This document shows, piece after piece, positions 1 to 11,870 of a stretch of DNA of 64,000 nucleotides. The notes beneath the pieces are model-generated. The model was not told where the DNA came from, made no database searches, and saw only the letters and a program-made list of their open reading frames with translations. The position numbers were made by a program, and so were the translations under genes. Every line of letters starts with the position of its first letter. The first letter of the stretch is position 1. The stretch covers positions 6,138,001-6,202,000 of the forward strand of contig NC_043006.1 of NCBI RefSeq assembly GCF_006345805.1, given 5' to 3'. The stretch comes from Octopus sinensis (taxonomy: Eukaryota).

Positions 1-386
1 TTTGCTCTAGTTCCTTAGATTCTGAGGTCAAATCACACTAAGGCCAAACTTACCTTTTACCCTTCTGGAATCAATAAAATAAAACCTCAGTCAAATGCTG
101 CGGTCAATTTAATTGACTAATCTCTCCCTTCATATTTCTCGTCTTGTGCTTCTGGTAGAAATGATTAACCGATATGACAGAATGGGAGACAAATTAAAAG
201 CTATGTGGTATTTAGTTCCAAGCCTTTAGGTTCTAAGCTCAAATCATGCCAATGTCAACTTTGCTTTTTATAGTTCAGGGGTAAATAACACAAAGTACCA
301 GTCAAGTACTGGGGTCAATATAATCCACTAACCCTCTTCCTCTAAAACTGCTGGCCTTGAGCCAAATCTATAACCATCATCTTCAC

Positions 387-426
<40 letters not shown>

Positions 427-450
427 ATTATTATTATTATTATTATTATT

Positions 451-686
451 CAGTAGTTTTATTTTTATAGCGTGCTTTCACTTCACTACCGAGCGCAGCT
501 CTGTGTGCCTTGGGTATGTGCTGTGATTTGTTGTGATGCTCTGATGGTTATTGTATGGAAAGTGTTCTGCGTAGGATGTGTGCAGTGCCTAGTAGTGCAA
601 TTTTCTGTATGTTATATGTGTTTGTAAGTCCTGGTGTTTTTGTTATGTATTTGTCTGAATATTTTTTTATCATGCCTAATGTACCT
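451..686 (-). mobile_element. 3' end of a Dong/R4-like (RLE) non-LTR retrotransposon embedded in (TAA)n
   Basis: Minus strand reads ...LGMIKKYSDKYITKTPGLTNTYNIQKIALLGTAHILRRTLSIQ*, the typical R4/Dong C-terminus. (TAT)n runs flank it at about 388-450 and 687-756. Confidence 0.7.
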
Positions 687-797
687 TATTATTATTATCA
701 TTATTATTGTTATTATTATTATTATTATTATTTATATTATTATTATTATTATTATTAACAATAAGATGGAAGCATATGTAATAAAACCAACACTTAC

Positions 798-897
798 CAC
801 TCTCCAACAAACGGAAGTCGGAATCTGAGAGGCAACAGTGATTTATTGATCATTGCTATCATGTAGTTTTTGAATCTCAAAATTCTATGATAGATGT
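798..897 (-). CDS. ATG9A: ATG9 coding exon 6 (gene continues beyond the left edge)
   Basis: ttacag|AC ATC...GAG TG|gtaagt; encodes (D)IYHRILRFKNYMIAMINKSLLPLRFRLPFVGE, matching the conserved ATG9 motif DIYHRILRFQNYMVALVNKSLLP. Confidence 0.95.
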
Positions 898-1199
898 CTG
901 TAAGAGAGAATGAAAACACAATATACAGGGTAAGAATACAAAGAGGCCTATACTCATGACTAACAAAGAATTCAGTCTTTGATGTTCAGCCAGAGTAGAG
1001 GGGTTTTCAAAACATAAACTGCTGGTGCAAAAATAATTGTGTATTTGTTATATATTTATTTTGATATAAACTTTTTAGAAAATAAACTTTTAACTATGTT
1101 CAGGTAAGAAACCAGTTCTGAAGCACAGATTTCAGTTCGATTTATGCTGTTTCTCTTTTGTTTTTAGTCTTTATTTTTGTTATTTTATCTTAGACTGTC

Positions 1200-1745
1200 T
1201 AAAAAAAAAATTCAAGCAATTTTATTGTATGGCTTTAAAATGGAATGCAAACTGGTGTAAACTGCTAGCATTTAGTCAAGGGATTATCAGTGAATATATA
1301 GTTCAGCATGGATTCCATAATTTTGGAGACAAGAACCTTCAAAATGAGGAAGGTTACAATTGACAAGGATCAACTGAGGCCATTGTTGAAGATTTTCACC
1401 AAACAACTCAAAAGTTTGCAGCACTAAACATCGCCCGTTCCACAGTTGTTCAACATCTTCATCACATTGGAAAGTCAAAGAAGCTCAACAAATAAGCACA
1501 GTTATGACCTGAATGGAAATAACCCATGCTAGCATGGAGAACGGACATTAAACGATGATGATGTAATGATGTCTGCTCTGCATTTCTTTACAAATGCAGT
1601 CTGTTTCTTGATTGTAGTGTGATATGATGGAAAATGAAAATTTTTATAACGAACAATGTTCTATGTAGTGGCTGGACCAAGGTGAACATTTTCTCAAACT
1701 GAAACAGCATCAAAAGAAGATTATGACCGCTGGTGGTCAGCAAAG
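1200..1745 (+). mobile_element. degraded mariner/Tc1 transposase fragment
   Basis: Frameshifted pieces FGDKNLQNEE, STVVQHLHHIGKSKKLNK, WLDQGE and QHQKKIM resemble a mariner transposase. A short RTE tail interrupts it at about 1520-1570. Confidence 0.6.
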
Positions 1746-1903
1746 GGTTTCTTTTAGTCCCAATCTCCCATATTCACCAACAAAACTTTGGTAACCATGA
1801 GACTAGAGCAGAAGACACCCAAGGTACCATGCTATAGGACTGAATCTGAAACCATATGGCCAGGAAGAGAATTTCATAACCATACAGCCACACCAGCACC
1901 TAG

Positions 1904-2298
1904 TCTTTATATATAAAAGTCAAGTTGTGTGTCTGTCTCCTACGATTTAGATTCCTAACTACTCCCACATTTTGCAGTGCAGTTTAACCAAAACCGGGTA
2001 TCTTATAGTCGTGATTCATACCCTTCTGGGTATTAGAGCGCGTCTACGATGAGTCTACAATTTTAAAAAAAATTTACCATCATTTTTTCCCATTTTAATG
2101 CATTTTTTTCGCTATTATATAAGGGAAGTAACTCTCTAAAAATGTCTACGATGAGTCAACGATTTAAAAAAAAATTTACCATCATTTTTTTTTCCATTTT
2201 AAATGCATTTTTTTGCTATTTTTTGGCTATAACTCTCTAAAAATGCTTATATAGTTATTTCCCTTACAAACCCGAGCAACGCCGGGCGATACTGCTAG
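1904..2298 (+). mobile_element. non-autonomous Helitron
   Basis: Starts TCTTTATATATAAAAG; ends with the hairpin CCCGAGCAACGCCGGG followed by CTAG|T. Contains an internal ~100-bp tandem duplication (about 2042-2250). Confidence 0.7.
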
Positions 2299-2355
2299 TA
2301 ATAAATGTAAGAGTCAGGTGTAATGCAACAGGTGTAGTTTTAGAGTCATACTCAC

Positions 2356-2458
2356 CGAGCTCAGTCAACTCCTGTTTATGGATGCACATTTGCTGCTCTT
2401 TCTGAACTTCTAGAAGCCGACAAAGAACATCATGCCAAGTATAATTACCTAGCTCAGC
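2356..2458 (-). CDS. ATG9A: ATG9 coding exon 5
   Basis: ttgtag|GCT...CTC G|gtgagt; encodes AELGNYTWHDVLCRLLEVQKEQQMCIHKQELTEL (cf. human TWQEVQARIVQTQKEHQICIHKRELTEL). Confidence 0.95.
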
Positions 2459-2544
2459 CTACAATACAATGTTATTGATCGTGATTATTTATTCAAAGCC
2501 AAATAGATTCTAAATAAAATGTCAAAACAGTTGGAGAAATATAT

Positions 2545-2776
2545 ATTTCTTTACTACCCACAAGGGGCTAAACACAGACGGGACAAACAAGGACAGACAA
2601 ACGGATTAAGTCGATTATATCAACCCCAGTGTGTAACTGGTACTTAATTTATCGACCCCGAAAGGATGAAAGGCAAAGTCGACCTCGGCGGAATTTGAAC
2701 TCGGAACGTGACGACAGACGAAATACAGCTACGCATTTCGCCCAGCGTGCTAACGTTTCTGCCAGCTCGCCGCCTT
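2545..2776 (-). mobile_element. tRNA-derived SINE family 1, full copy
   Basis: Reverse copy of the GGCGAGCTGGCAGAAACGTTAGC...GAGTTCAAATTC...GCCTTTCATCCTTTCGGGGTCGATAAA family, with TSD TTGGAGAAATATA on both sides. Decayed copies at about 1-160, 218-370, 2866-3075 and 5988-6190. Confidence 0.85.
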
Positions 2777-3744
2777 TTTTTGGAGAAATATAGACTTCCA
2801 GTTCTTTTAAATACATTCACAATTATAAAAGTTTGGTATTTTACTCTATAATATTAAACTTTGTAAAGGTGGCAAGCCAGCAGGATGGTTAGCACACTGG
2901 ACAAAATGCTTAGCGGCATTTCATCCGTCTTTACATTTTGAGTTCAAATTCCGCCAAGGTCAGTTTTTGTCTTTCATCCATTTGGGGCTGATAAAATAAG
3001 TACCAGTCAAACACTGGGGTCAATGCAATCAACTATCCCCGCTCCAACATTTCAGGTCTTATGCTTATAGTAGAAAACAATGTTAAATTTTGTAAAACTT
3101 TCTGTGGCATTCCTCCATACAAACCAGAGTAATAAAATGATCAACAACATTGACAGGAAGCATTCAGAGACCTTAATTTGAGCAACATCTTGCAACACAG
3201 ATTTCTTCATTTATTTGCCTGCTTCTGAAAGGACCATACAAACAAGGTGCGCTGATGTTCAATCCCAGGCATTTCAAAATATTAAATAATTTAGAGAATG
3301 TTACTCCATGGATAAGCATATCAACCTATCACAAAATATTATGTGGAGGAAGATTAAAAGTTGGTCACAGAATTAAAGAAAACATTCACCAGTCTTGTTC
3401 TTAGTACTGTCCTTAGTAGCACTAGTCAACTAACACATGGCAGTTCAGGCTGATAGAAATAACAGCCAGGTCTCCCTGAAATCACACTCTACCATTTAAA
3501 AAATGAGAAACACTTAGAGTAGTTCTAAATGTCCCTAAAGAAAAGGCAGAACATGGCTGGAATGCCCTTGAACAAGGGTCTATTCAATTAATGTTGACCT
3601 GAAAATAAAAATCAACAGCAGCACTATTCTTCTCAAAGTATATATTTACAATCAGGTGAATTGAGTCATTAAAAGTTCCTTTAGTATGCTAGAAACAGCA
3701 CAACACTAATAACAGCATATACAGGATGTCAACAGTACTAATGT

Positions 3745-4645
3745 CTACAACTCTTTCCTGCAATCAGACCTGGACACAATGCAGCAATGGATCACAGACT
3801 GGCAACTGAAACTGGCTGTGGACAAGTGTACCACCATGCATTTTGGGAGAAAAAACCCTGCGTCCACATACTCCCTCCACAACACTGATATCAAGAAATC
3901 CTCTTGCGAGTGTGACCTAGGCATCACTGTCAGCAGTGATTTGCGTTGGACAAAGCATATCTCTAAAATTGTCAAGAAGGCCGAGACTTTTGTTAGCCGC
4001 TCTCCAGCCATCTATTTAAAGCTGTATACAGCTATGGTACGACCACACTTGGAATTCGCATCATCAGTTCGGAACCCCTATCTTGCTCAGAACATTGACC
4101 TCCTGGAATCTGTTCAGAGACGTGCAACCAAACGCATGCCCTCCATCAGACACCTACCATACTCTGAGCGCCTTGTTTCCCTGGGCATGGATTCACTGAA
4201 GTTCTGGCGTCTGGCGATGGACTTGGTAAACACCCACAAAGTTATCAACCACCTCACCAACAACAACACTGAACACCTTTTTGATCTCCATGTGTCCAAC
4301 ACACGTGGACATGCTTACAAAGTCAGAAAACAGCACAGCTCCCATGACTTTCGGAAACATTTTTCACGCTAAGAGTTGCTGAAGCATGGAACAAACTGCC
4401 TGCGTCAGTTGTTGACTGCCATGACACTGCATCCTTTAAGGCCCTCATGCTTTCCGAGATCTGCCGAAACTACACCTGATTGTCCCCCTTTCCATACTCA
4501 TACACATATGTGTATGTCATGACTCATGCACTGTTCTTTTCCTGACGCTTGTACATTACCCTATGTACTATACATACACTTTAGATGAGTTGTAATGCAC
4601 CTGAGCACTGTACAGAATATTTTATTATTATTATTATTATTATAT
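3745..4645 (+). mobile_element. 5'-truncated CR1-clade LINE (RT C-terminus, 3' UTR, (TTA)n tail)
   Basis: ORF 3779-4372 contains LYTAMVRPHLEFASSV, LLESVQRRATK and NTRGHAYK, followed by a frameshifted AWNKLP. It ends in (TTA)n. Confidence 0.9.
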
Positions 4646-4647
4646 AT

Positions 4648-4872
4648 AAGCTGTTAACGGTACTAGTAACAGCATATATATACTGTCAACAGCGTTGGAC
4701 AGGCTACCAACAATTCTTGTAACAGCATATTCAGGCTTTCAACAACACTATTAACAGCATAGAAAGGCTGTCAACACTATAACAGCATAGAAAGGCTGTC
4801 AACACTATTAATAAACAGCATAGACAAGCTGTCCACATCACTAATAACAGTACAAATAAAGCATATGCAGGT
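4648..4872. repeat. ~30-bp minisatellite (AACAGCATA...GCTGTCAACAC) split by the CR1 insertion
   Basis: Repeated AACAGCATA/CTGTCAAC units; the same units occur left of the LINE at about 3693-3744. Confidence 0.7.
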
Positions 4873-5213
4873 TATTGTATCCTCAGCTAAGAACGGTCAT
4901 CAAAGTTTATTTCATGCCAGTTTATTTTCACAAATAATCAGTGAAACCTGTCGACAAGACACTGTGGATGGATAAATAGTCATATAGAAACACAACATTA
5001 CAGAGCTTGAAACTCTGAACACTAAATTACAACTTCTTTGTCCCAATGCTGATGGGTTTGTGACATTGGCAATAAGCCAAATTTTAACAGAAACTAATCA
5101 ATTTTTATTCAAAGAGTTTTAAATCTGATTGGTGAATAAAAATCTAAAATATTTTGGAAGATATTTATAGATATATGATTATAGATATTACAAGATATTT
5201 TAATCATACTTAC

Positions 5214-5349
5214 AGAAGGAATTTTGAGAGCTTCAATAAAGAACCGCCTTGTTTCCAAAGATTTGAGGATGTTATATAAAAATTTGAAAACATTAGCCAA
5301 AAAGACTATAACAAAGAGAATTACCAATGCTACCAGCCAAAAGTTGAAG
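5214..5349 (-). CDS. ATG9A: ATG9 coding exon 4
   Basis: tttcag|C TTC...CCT TCT|gtaagt; encodes FNFWLVALVILFVIVFLANVFKFLYNILKSLETRRFFIEALKIPS (TM helix; cf. human KFIYNICCYWEIHSFYLHALRIP). Confidence 0.92.
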
Positions 5350-6591
5350 CTGAAATCAAACAAATCGCCAAATTAGTTTCTTCATACAATAAGCAGTTCA
5401 CAAAAATTATAAATTTATACAAATTCTAAAAGTCTAAAATAGTTCCTTATGTAGTATTTCTTTTTCTAAAGGTGTTAATTGTTTACTATTACGTTAGAAA
5501 TTAGTATGTTTTTAACATTACAAATCATTAGTGCATTCTAGTTGTTGGAAGATTAAAATTTTAAAATGTGAAATATTTTCACTTATTTTTCTATTATACA
5601 CAGTTTAAAAGACCATTCAATTTAATATACGAAACTTTAAAAAAACTTTCAGTTTTACTTAATTAAAAATTGAAATTAAAAATGTCTTTTCATTATGTAA
5701 TCTTATAAACATTGTTAAAGAACCTAATGATTAAGATAAGTGACACATAAGTTTTTATAGGAAAACTTATAGGGAAGTATTTTAGTTACTAAGGAAGCTT
5801 CCTATGAATAAAAGAGTTTCCAGTTTGGCTGATGTTATGAGCACTGTCAAAAGATATAGCTCACACTGGCTCAGTCTACCTAGAATATGTAGGTAAATTT
5901 AATTGCTATATACCCACTTCATCTGATTGCATTTTTTATATCATATCAATCTAAAAGATCACATAATTAAACAAGAGAAAAGCAAAATGGTAAGCTGGCA
6001 GAATTGTTGGAGCATTGGAATGCTTTGAATTTGTTGGTTCCAGCTCTGTGCATTCAAATCTCACTGACATCAACTTTGCTTTTCATCCTGTTGGGGTCTA
6101 TAAAATAAATACCAGTCACGTGCTAGGGGCAATGGTGTCAATTAACACCCTTCCTTCAAATCTACAGGCCTTGCATCAAAATTTGAACTCATTATTATAG
6201 ACAAAAGCTGTGCAATAATTCTCACAGATGGATCAATTTTAGTTACAAACAGTAAACTCAAATTCTTGTATGATTATAAATAAGAAAATATATAACATAT
6301 TCAGAAAAATTACTATTTTATTTCTGTTAATTTAAAATAATTGTTTTTGATGAGTCAGTGGGGGTAATTTTGTGAAGAGGTACAAAAGGCTTCACAACTT
6401 TAACTGGAGTTCATTTTATCTTCTCATTCCCAGAAAAATCAAAGACAAAGTCAATTCCAACATTAATTAAAGAATTATATACCATCATCAACCCAGCCTT
6501 TCTACTATAATGGCCATCTCCAAAGACTTGGAGAGGATTAAAATAATAATAATAATAAAGTCTAGCAATGCTTTTGAAAAATATAACTTAC

Positions 6592-6726
6592 TATGAGGAC
6601 CAAAGATGAAATGATATCATCAGATCAGGAATGGTTAACTTTGGTCCAGTGTGTTGATAATTAAACAATAATTGATAGTTGACAAAATGCAGACAGAGTA
6701 ACAAGCTCCCAAGTATGAAGATAGAT
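6592..6726 (-). CDS. ATG9A: ATG9 coding exon 3
   Basis: ttttag|A TCT...TCA TA|gtaagt; encodes SIFILGSLLLCLHFVNYQLLFNYQHTGPKLTIPDLMISFHLWSS (cf. VDYDILF...KVTLPD). Phases match both neighbouring exons. Confidence 0.88.
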
Positions 6727-6960
6727 CTAAAATAAAGAAATCAATTTCAATTATGAATAAAGAATAAAGAAATCAATTTCAATTTCAATATTTCAACATA
6801 TGAATTTTACATGATCTTTTTATTACAAGTTTATCCCAAGACGAAATTTAATGGTTTCCATTTTACATTTTTAGAAGCTAAATATCCACACATTTAGAAG
6901 TAAGATTAAGAAAGCATCTGACCCATTGCAAGTTTCAGTACAAGGTATTTTTTTCACATT

Positions 6961-7178
6961 CTGCGGTGAGCTGGCAGAAACGTTAGCACGCTGGGCGAAA
7001 TGCTTAGCGGTATTTCGTCTGCCGCTACAATCTGAGTTCAAATTACGCCGAGGTCGACTTTGCTTTTCATCCTTTCGGGGGTTGATAAATTAAGTACCAG
7101 TTATGCACTGGGGTCGATGTAATCGACTTAATCCGTTTGTCCTCTCTGTGTTTAGCCCCTTGTGGGTAGTAAAGAAAG
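6961..7178 (+). mobile_element. tRNA-derived SINE family 1, full copy
   Basis: Pol III A/B-box-like head and a 17-bp TSD AGGTATTTTTTTCACAT at 6943-6959 and 7179-7195. Further copies at about 29945-30265 (two), 40190-40403, 44522-44750 (-) and 48666-48878 (-, TSD ATAATACTCTTAC). Confidence 0.88.
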
Positions 7179-7276
7179 AGGTATTTTTTTCACATCCAGA
7201 ATAGTGCACTTCCTCTCTGCACAAATGTCCGATGTATTGTGTATGAGTTTTGTCTTCCTATTGCTAATATAATTAA

Positions 7277-7647
7277 GATGATGGAAGGGGCTGCTCCCAT
7301 CTGACCTTCTGCAACGACGCTTGCGGTGGTTTGGCCATGCATGTAGGCGTCCGGTGGGTGAACTGAGCCATGATGTCCTTCTCCCGACTCCACTTCCCAA
7401 CTGGCGGAAACGGGCGGGCGGGCAGCTGAAGACCTGGGTTACAACGATCAAGGAGGACCTCTCCGTGCTCACGGGTCTGCAGGTGGTCGGCCTGTGCCGA
7501 TGGAACCGTGACTGGCTCACTATCTCCAGTGAACTGGCGCAGGACCGTCGTGCGTGGGCTGCCATGGTTCGAGATGCCTCAAGGGTGGTGGAAGAAGCCG
7601 ACTCAACCCGCCCAGGGGGAATGTCACCACAATTACAAGTAAGTAAA
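7277..7647 (+). mobile_element. RTE-clade LINE 3' end
   Basis: Encodes RRLRWFGHACRR...GGQLKTWVTTIKEDL...AQDRRAW, with a CAAGTAAGTA tail and TSD TAATATAATTAA. Confidence 0.88.
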
Positions 7648-8358
7648 TAATATAATTAAATTCTAGTCTTTGACGTCATCTCTCAATTTATAATTTTTTT
7701 CCTATCTTAAAATTTCTAAATTCTGATATGGGTGCCGTGAGTGAAAGATTAAGGTGGATTAATAACAACCTCAGTTTCCAAGTGGATAGCATCAGCCCTC
7801 ATCACAGAAACTAAGATCTAAGGTTTCTTAACATGAAGGACCGACACAAAACCCAAAACAATACAAAAACAAGACATATATATATATATATATACTGATA
7901 TGTGAATGGTGTTTGGAGAACAACCAACAAAAAAATGGTAGGTAATAAGTAGCAATAAACTATACCAAGGACTGTGACACAACAGAAGTCACTTCATTTT
8001 AACAAATTCTTACAACATACAAACCTCAACTTTATCAAGTTCAATACTGATTGTAGCATAAAACAGGATTTGAACTTAAAACATAACGAGGAAACAAAAT
8101 ACTGTATTCCTTCAAAGGTTTCGAGCAGTTGGGAATGTTGGCCTGCTCACCTAGCAAGCAGGGTAGCATCATTTGAAAGCTAAAACAATGCCAAGCGCAG
8201 TGTGACCAGAGATGTATTACAGAATCTGATTTCTTGATATCAGGATACAGTGATATATATACAGAACAAACATGTATATATCATCATTATGATATATATA
8301 TAAATGCCATCGTAGTCACCATTATTTAATATCCATATTGTTTGCTGGCATGGGCTGA

Positions 8359-8396
<38 letters not shown>

Positions 8397-8399
<3 letters not shown>

Positions 8400-9509
8400 T
8401 TATATAGGGATGAAGGCCTTATAGCCACGCATAATCTAAACGGCCATGAATCAGATAGACTTAGGAAGGACCTTATAGCTTTCTTTCAAAGGATGGGCTT
8501 ACGGGTTACGATAGATGCTAACCTGAATAGTGTAGATTTTTTAGACGTAAATTTTAATGTAAGATCGGATAGATTTAAACCTTTCCGTAAGCCCAATGAA
8601 AAGCTATCGTATATTAGCAAAGATTCGAACCATCCACCAGTTATCCTTAGCAACTTAGTCAGCAATGTAGGTAGGAGAATATCTTCAATTTCTTCGGACG
8701 AGGCAACATTCCATAATGCTGCACCTTATTACGATAGCGCATTAAAGAATAGTGGATTCTCGGAGAAGATCCAGTTCAACCAGCTTAATGCTGATAATAA
8801 TGCTGCACGAAGAACTAGGACCAGGAAAGTTTTGTGGTTCAACCCGGCTTTCAATTTGGCCGTAAAGACTAATATAGGTAAGGAATTTTTGAGATTAGTC
8901 TCTAAGCATTTTAAGCAGGGTCATAAATTCTACAGAATATTTAATAGAAGAACCCTGAAGGTTAGCTATTCTTGTTGCAGAAATTTCGCCTCTTACATTA
9001 GCCAACATAATAGGAAGCTAATTGAGATTAGACATGGTGCCGAGCCCATTAAGAAATGTAATTGCAAAAACGAAAGCTCCTGTCCGTTAGAAGGGAAATG
9101 TCTAGTGAAAGGAGTAGTTTATAGAGCCAAGGTGCAAGTGGAAGGCTCATCGGAATACAAGACATACACAGGAGCTTCAGAAAATTCATTTAAAACAAGA
9201 TTTTATTCTCATAAAAATTCATTTAAATACCCAGAGAATAGGAAGAAAACCAGCCTAGCAAAATATGTCTGGGAACTAAAAGAAAAGGAAGCCCCACCTT
9301 TCAACGTGACATGGAGCATTCTGGACAGGGCGGCACCATACAGGCATGGAGCTTACAAAAATAATTTCAAGTGCAGACTTTGTCTATTAGAAAAAATGTA
9401 CATCTTATTCAAAGACAATAATTTTTTGAATCAAAGAAGTGAGTTAATGAACTTATGTAGGCACGCGGCTAAATTTAAGATGTCGAATATAAATATACCA
9501 TATGGATAG
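8397..9509 (+). CDS. Penelope-like RT (partial) plus GIY-YIG endonuclease; open frame extends upstream of the ATG at 8493
   Basis: GLYRDEGL (YRDD-type RT motif), VDFLDV, KVLWFNP, linker CNCKNESSCPLEGKC, GVVYRA...YTG...FKTRF, CRLCLLEK and terminal CRH. No stops or frameshifts. Confidence 0.88.
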
Positions 9510-10574
9510 AGTATATATTTTGTATTTTTGATTTTTGAATTTGATTTTGACTCTTGAGCGCTACGATGGATTTTGATTTTGCTTCCAAGCTATGCGGATC
9601 TTAATCCGTATAGCAAAGTCTTATGTTTCTACATATATATTAGGAAAAACCTACAAACTTTGTTTTCATGTTATTGTATTGCATAGGATTACCTTGATTA
9701 TTTATATTACCTTGATTATTTATAAATGACCCAAAATAGGATGTTATATTTTATTTTATATGTCTTTCGTATATATTTTTATTAATGCACCTATTTTTAA
9801 AAGCAATGTTTTTTAAAAAAAGCAATGTTGTCAAAATTAGAATGTTTATATAAGTATGTGTATAGCAAAGCATATGTATTTGTAAGCATGCGTATCTGTG
9901 TATGTGTAGTGAAAGTATGTTTGTGCTTAAGCACACATATACACGACGGTATGTATATGTATCCATTCAAACTTGTGTATGTATACTGGTCTCTATAGAT
10001 GCCAATAGCATCGTTACACTGCTTGTATACATAAATTTTTTTCTTTTTTTTCTTTTTTCTTATTTCGTTTTTTTCCCCACCCCTCCTTCGTTCCTTTTTC
10101 TCTCTTTCCCTTTCTTTCGTTCCCCCTCCTTGCTCAGTATATGAGAATTGCTACATAGATGAATTTTAGCTTGCGTGCGAGACGGTTTGCATGAATATAT
10201 GTACACATGCTTTTATGTGTATATTTAGATTTATATTCATACGTCTGTATATGTATGTATGGCGTTTACGCGCATCCTTTTGTGTATGTTGATATATATA
10301 TGTAGATTTTAATATAATATGTATTGCAGTATTTATAACAGGTTTAATTTCTATGCATTAATTTGCACTGTCTTCATTAACGTCAATAGGTTTTTTCCTC
10401 GGATTTTATAATTTTTATAAGTTTTTTATATATATATACATATATTTTTGACCTTTTTGTTTATCGCTCGAAGATTGACCGTTTTTTCTAAAGGGCCAAT
10501 CAAACAAGTCCATTTCTATTTAAAGGTGTAGCGTTTGTAAGAGTATAGATTGAATTGATATATCAGTTCCATTC

Positions 10575-10630
10575 TAGCAAAAACTGTCTGATGAACGGCA
10601 ACAAGAAACTCAGAGTAACAGATTTTGTTG
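10575..10630 (+). ncRNA. putative minimal type-I hammerhead ribozyme in the Penelope terminal repeat
   Basis: Stem I (GCAAAAACTGT/ACAGATTTTGT), CTGATGA 10588-10594, GAAAC 10605-10609, near-palindromic TCAGA, cleavage triplet GTA 10615-10617. Stem II is poorly paired. Confidence 0.6.
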
Positions 10631-10654
10631 AATTTTCTGCTGCTTAAAATAAAG

Positions 10655-10688
<34 letters not shown>

Positions 10689-10711
10689 CACATATATATA
10701 TATATACATAT

Positions 10712-11570
10712 ATCATCATCATCATTTAATGTCTGTTTTCCATGCCAGCACGGGTTGGACGGTTCGACCGGGGTCTGGGAAGCCTGGAGGCTGCACCAGG
10801 CTCCAGTCTGATCTTGCAGTGTTTCTACAGCTGGATGCCCTTCCTAACGTCAACCACTCCGTGAGTGTAGTGGGTGCCTTTTACGTGCTACCGGCACGGG
10901 TATCACAACTACAATTTCCATTTGATATTTATTTTGATATTGATGTACTTGACTCAATAGGTCTCCTCAAGCACAGCAGGTCGTTCTGCAATCCAAGGTA
11001 CTTCGGATGGGCTGGGGCTATGTGAAACTGTTGCAGGAAGCAGCCATGAACTCACATTATTTGTCGGATCTTTGCAGTCACAGCATATCTCCAGAGATCT
11101 CGGTCTTTCAGCATTGCCTCTGTGAGGCCCAACGGTCGGAGGTCGTGCTTGACTACCTCATCCCATGTCTTCCTGGATCTACCTCTCACCCGGATACCTT
11201 CAACTGTTTGGGAGTGCACTTCTTCACACATCTCTCCTCATCCATCTGCAGTACATGACCATACCAGCGCAAATGTCTCTCTTGCACACGACATCTGATG
11301 CTTCTTATGTCCAGCATTTCTCTCAGGGTGCTTACACACTGTCGTGTGTGCACACTGACATTACACATCCAGCAGATCATGCTAGCTTCATTTCTTTCAA
11401 GTCTACGCATGTCCTCTAAGGTCATAGCCCATGTTTCACTACATTGAAGCATGGCAGTTCGCACACATGCATCATACAATCTACCTTTCACTCTGAGCGA
11501 GAGACCCTTTGTCACCAGTAGGGGTAGGAGCTTTCTAAACTTTGCCCAGGCTATTCGTATTCCACCTCCA
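10712..11570 (-). mobile_element. RTE-clade LINE 3' portion with long 3' UTR and (ATG)n tail
   Basis: Minus-strand ORF IRIAWAKFRKLLPLL...KGRLYDACVRTAML...HLRWYGHVLQMD, followed by the abundant tail ...GGAAGGGCATCCAGCTGTAGAAAC...CCAACCC...ATGATGATG. Confidence 0.88.
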
Positions 11571-11668
11571 CTACTAACTTGTATATACATATGGATATAC
11601 ATATATACATACATATATACATATGGATATACATACATACACACATATATACATATATATATATATAT

Positions 11669-11870
11669 AGTTAATCCAAACAAGAAAACAAAAACAAAAA
11701 AAAACAACGCAAGGACGTGGAACAAATAAAGTATGATTGGACGCTCAGGAAAGAAGGAGGGTTTGACGTTTCGAGCGGAGCTCTTCGTCGGAAACATAGG
11801 AGAAGGAAAGATTCCGAGAAGGGAAGACAAGGAAAAAAAATCGCTAGTGATACAGACGAGGTCACATACT
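11669..11870 (-). mobile_element. Penelope-terminal-repeat-like element with a minimal hammerhead motif (11761-11795)
   Basis: Minus strand GTTT-CCGACGA-A-GAGC-TCC-GCTC-GAAAC-GTC-AAAC, next to (TA)n. The downstream TTCCTGAGCGT is shared with the copies at 15398 and 24100. Confidence 0.6.

Larger units (their letters stand above)
8394..10654 (+). mobile_element. 5'-truncated Penelope-like element (Naiad-type) inserted in (TA)n
   Basis: Both ends abut (TA)n. Contains an RT C-terminus plus GIY-YIG endonuclease ORF, a ~1.1-kb 3' region and a terminal hammerhead-like motif. Confidence 0.85.

Noticed and set aside
8013-8075. Possible ATG9 exon (QILFYATISIELDKVEVCM) with a GTAAG donor
   Set aside because: The phase is incompatible with exon 2, and 6592-6726 fits both phase and homology.
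8397-9509. Selenoprotein-type (SeNaiad) recoding
   Set aside because: There is no in-frame TGA; conserved cysteines use TGT/TGC and the frame ends in TAG.
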